A DNA stretch of 50,966 nt, the filler included, from Stramenopiles sp. TOSAG23-3 (lineage: Eukaryota): the NCBI GenBank assembly GCA_900128585.1. It is 4 parts of 4 records of this genome, joined end to end, with 100 filler letters (N's around TTAATTAATTAA, not from the genome) between each part and the next. Parts side by side here need not be neighbours in the genome. Positions count along the whole stretch, not along the records: positions 48,958 to 50,966 come from LT645156.1; 3 more parts are not named here. One strand, written 5' to 3'. Below the pieces are notes generated by a model. It did not search any database. It had not been told where the DNA came from and saw only the letters and a program-made list of their open reading frames with translations. Each line of letters starts with the position of its first letter. The first letter of the stretch is position 1. Of this stretch, positions 49,313 through 50,966 are shown in pieces. The translations under genes were made by a program, and so were the position numbers.

Positions 49313-50959
49313 TTAAAGAGCCAGCTTTGCAGTTTCTGTGGGTGGTAGAAATGGCGGCAGTGACTTCCCGGAGACAAACTCTGCCATCATTTTTTGTGTC
49401 ACATGAGGGCGGTTCAACGGGGCCAAGTGCCCCGATCCACGAATGCTGACGAATCGAATGTCTCCCCCGTTCCATTCTATCGTATAACCGCCCATCTGCT
49501 GCTCCCCATTTGTCGTCCATGGCCTCCACTTTTGCGTCTTTTTGAGCCCCAAGGACTTGAATAGTTCGACAAAAACGTCTTCGACGGGGGAAGTTTGAAG
49601 GCCACACGCGTCCGTATCACCTTCGTAGATCATAACACGCTTCCCCGCCTTGATCAGTTTGGCATAGATGTCTCCAACAAACGGCTGGTTGGACGAGTAG
49701 TTAAAGCCGTGGCCATTATCAAGGTTCAGAAACTTTGAACCAGGCAACGCGCCGACAGCCTTCAACGTCTCGGGGAGTGCGAACCATTCGTTCATCGCGC
49801 CGGCCAAGCACGGGGACCCTAGCCCGCTGTCGCCTTCGCCGGGCGAGACACCGCCAACATTTCCTTTCTTAAAAATGGCTTTCAATGATTGGCGCCTGTA
49901 CTTCAGGGCCCGGTTCATCCCGTGCCTGTCCAGCATCATCGCCCCGGACGGGCAAGCGTTATACAGGTTGTAGGGGAACCAGTAGCCAATTTCATCGCTC
50001 ATTTCAGAAATTAGGGCGGAGCACGCTGGCAACATTTTTTCAGTGCCCTTCAACTCTGCGTCCGAGCAAGTCGCCTGTATTTGGTTGTACAGCTCGTTCG
50101 AAAACTGCGAATGCCCATGAAAAAATTCGACGTCATAAAACGGGCCGGGGTGAACATTTGGGTACTTGAAGATCCCAACGTTGTCCAAGTCGATGCACCA
50201 GTCGACGGGCTTCCCCTCGATTTGTTTGCACCCCGTCCACCCGTCCCCAACCGCAATGCCTTGAAAATTCACCCCATCGATCGGGTCGTTCAGCATTTCC
50301 ATGGCAAACCCAGGGACGTAGATCCCCGCGTAAGATTCCCCAGTGAAATACACCGGGTTCCCTTTCAGTTCCGGAAAGATGTCAACAAAAAACGTTCGGT
50401 GCGCTTCATGGTTTGCCTTGAACACGTCCGTATCTTTCCAGGGCCCACAGCTGGTTGCCGCGCCCCCGGGGCCAGCCGCGGAGCAGAACGAGAGGCCAAT
50501 AGGCGGGGGGGAGTCGATCGCGACTATGGTGTGGGTCTGGGTCCATCGAAACGCGTTGTACACCGGCGTTGGAATACCGGTCCTGTTATAACCCTTGTCA
50601 TAGCTGAGCTCGTTCAATCGCAGCGGCCCCCACTCTTGCAACATTCCGAATAGACTGCTGGCCCCTGGCCCTCCGTTGTACCAAAAGAGGACGGGGTCGT
50701 TCGCGGGGTCTCGTTCGCTTTCGATCATAAAGTAGTGAAAGTACATGGTCCCTTCACCGCTGGGCGGCGTCCCTGCATCGATGTAACCGGTGTACCACGA
50801 CGACGGAAGCCGCTTCGGTGTGCCGTCAGGGTTCACGTAGCCTGGGAGAGAGTCTACCTTGAACTTTGCCGGCGGACTCGTCGCCTCAAGCGGTGTTGAA
50901 GCGACCGCGCCAAGCGCTGCGAGGAGGAGGGCGGCAGCGCACAATACTATTTTCCCCAT
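49313..50959 (-). CDS. Secreted/lysosomal serine carboxypeptidase, family S10
   Basis: Signal peptide; WYNGGPGASS; catalytic GESYAG (Ser), YEGDTD (Asp region), GSGHLAP (His). Confidence 0.95.
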   Translation of the reverse strand: MGKIVLCAAALLLAALGAVASTPLEATSPPAKFKVDSLPGYVNPDGTPKRLPSSWYTGYIDAGTPPSGEGTMYFHYFMIESERDPANDPVLFWYNGGPGASSLFGMLQEWGPLRLNELSYDKGYNRTGIPTPVYNAFRWTQTHTIVAIDSPPPIGLSFCSAAGPGGAATSCGPWKDTDVFKANHEAHRTFFVDIFPELKGNPVYFTGESYAGIYVPGFAMEMLNDPIDGVNFQGIAVGDGWTGCKQIEGKPVDWCIDLDNVGIFKYPNVHPGPFYDVEFFHGHSQFSNELYNQIQATCSDAELKGTEKMLPACSALISEMSDEIGYWFPYNLYNACPSGAMMLDRHGMNRALKYRRQSLKAIFKKGNVGGVSPGEGDSGLGSPCLAGAMNEWFALPETLKAVGALPGSKFLNLDNGHGFNYSSNQPFVGDIYAKLIKAGKRVMIYEGDTDACGLQTSPVEDVFVELFKSLGLKKTQKWRPWTTNGEQQMGGYTIEWNGGDIRFVSIRGSGHLAPLNRPHVTQKMMAEFVSGKSLPPFLPPTETAKLAL

Positions 50960-50966
50960 GAAGTCG

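Overview
Gene-dense, intron-poor eukaryotic (protist) genomic DNA: about 22 protein-coding loci of moderate GC are separated by very AT-rich, microsatellite-rich spacers. Only two clear spliceosomal introns are present, both in one sulfatase. Gene content (secreted sulfatases, S10 carboxypeptidase, PEX11, MED20, PFDN6, sideroflexin, 7TM-TKL kinase, LamG proteins) suggests a marine heterotrophic protist, possibly a stramenopile; this is inference only. Three 100-nt gaps carry an artificial TTAATTAATTAA linker, so adjacency across them is uncertain. The ORF track uses TTG/GTG starts, so I corrected starts to ATG. Main points of interest: (1) a 4-kb accessory island (23.6-27.6 kb) with about 27 66-bp LRR cassettes whose nucleotide framework is nearly invariant while the exposed codons are hypervariable, plus membrane anchors (TM tail, CaaX), a duplicated decayed leader, a captured GC-rich insert between ~100-bp direct repeats and a hidden doubly frameshifted RING-H2 gene; (2) an intronless ~2,757-aa secreted protein apparently built by nested domain insertion; (3) a PDZ/Tudor-like/EF-loop membrane calpain; (4) a conserved ~25-nt motif recurring just downstream of stop codons; (5) an intergenic 72-nt hairpin with tandem G.A pairs.
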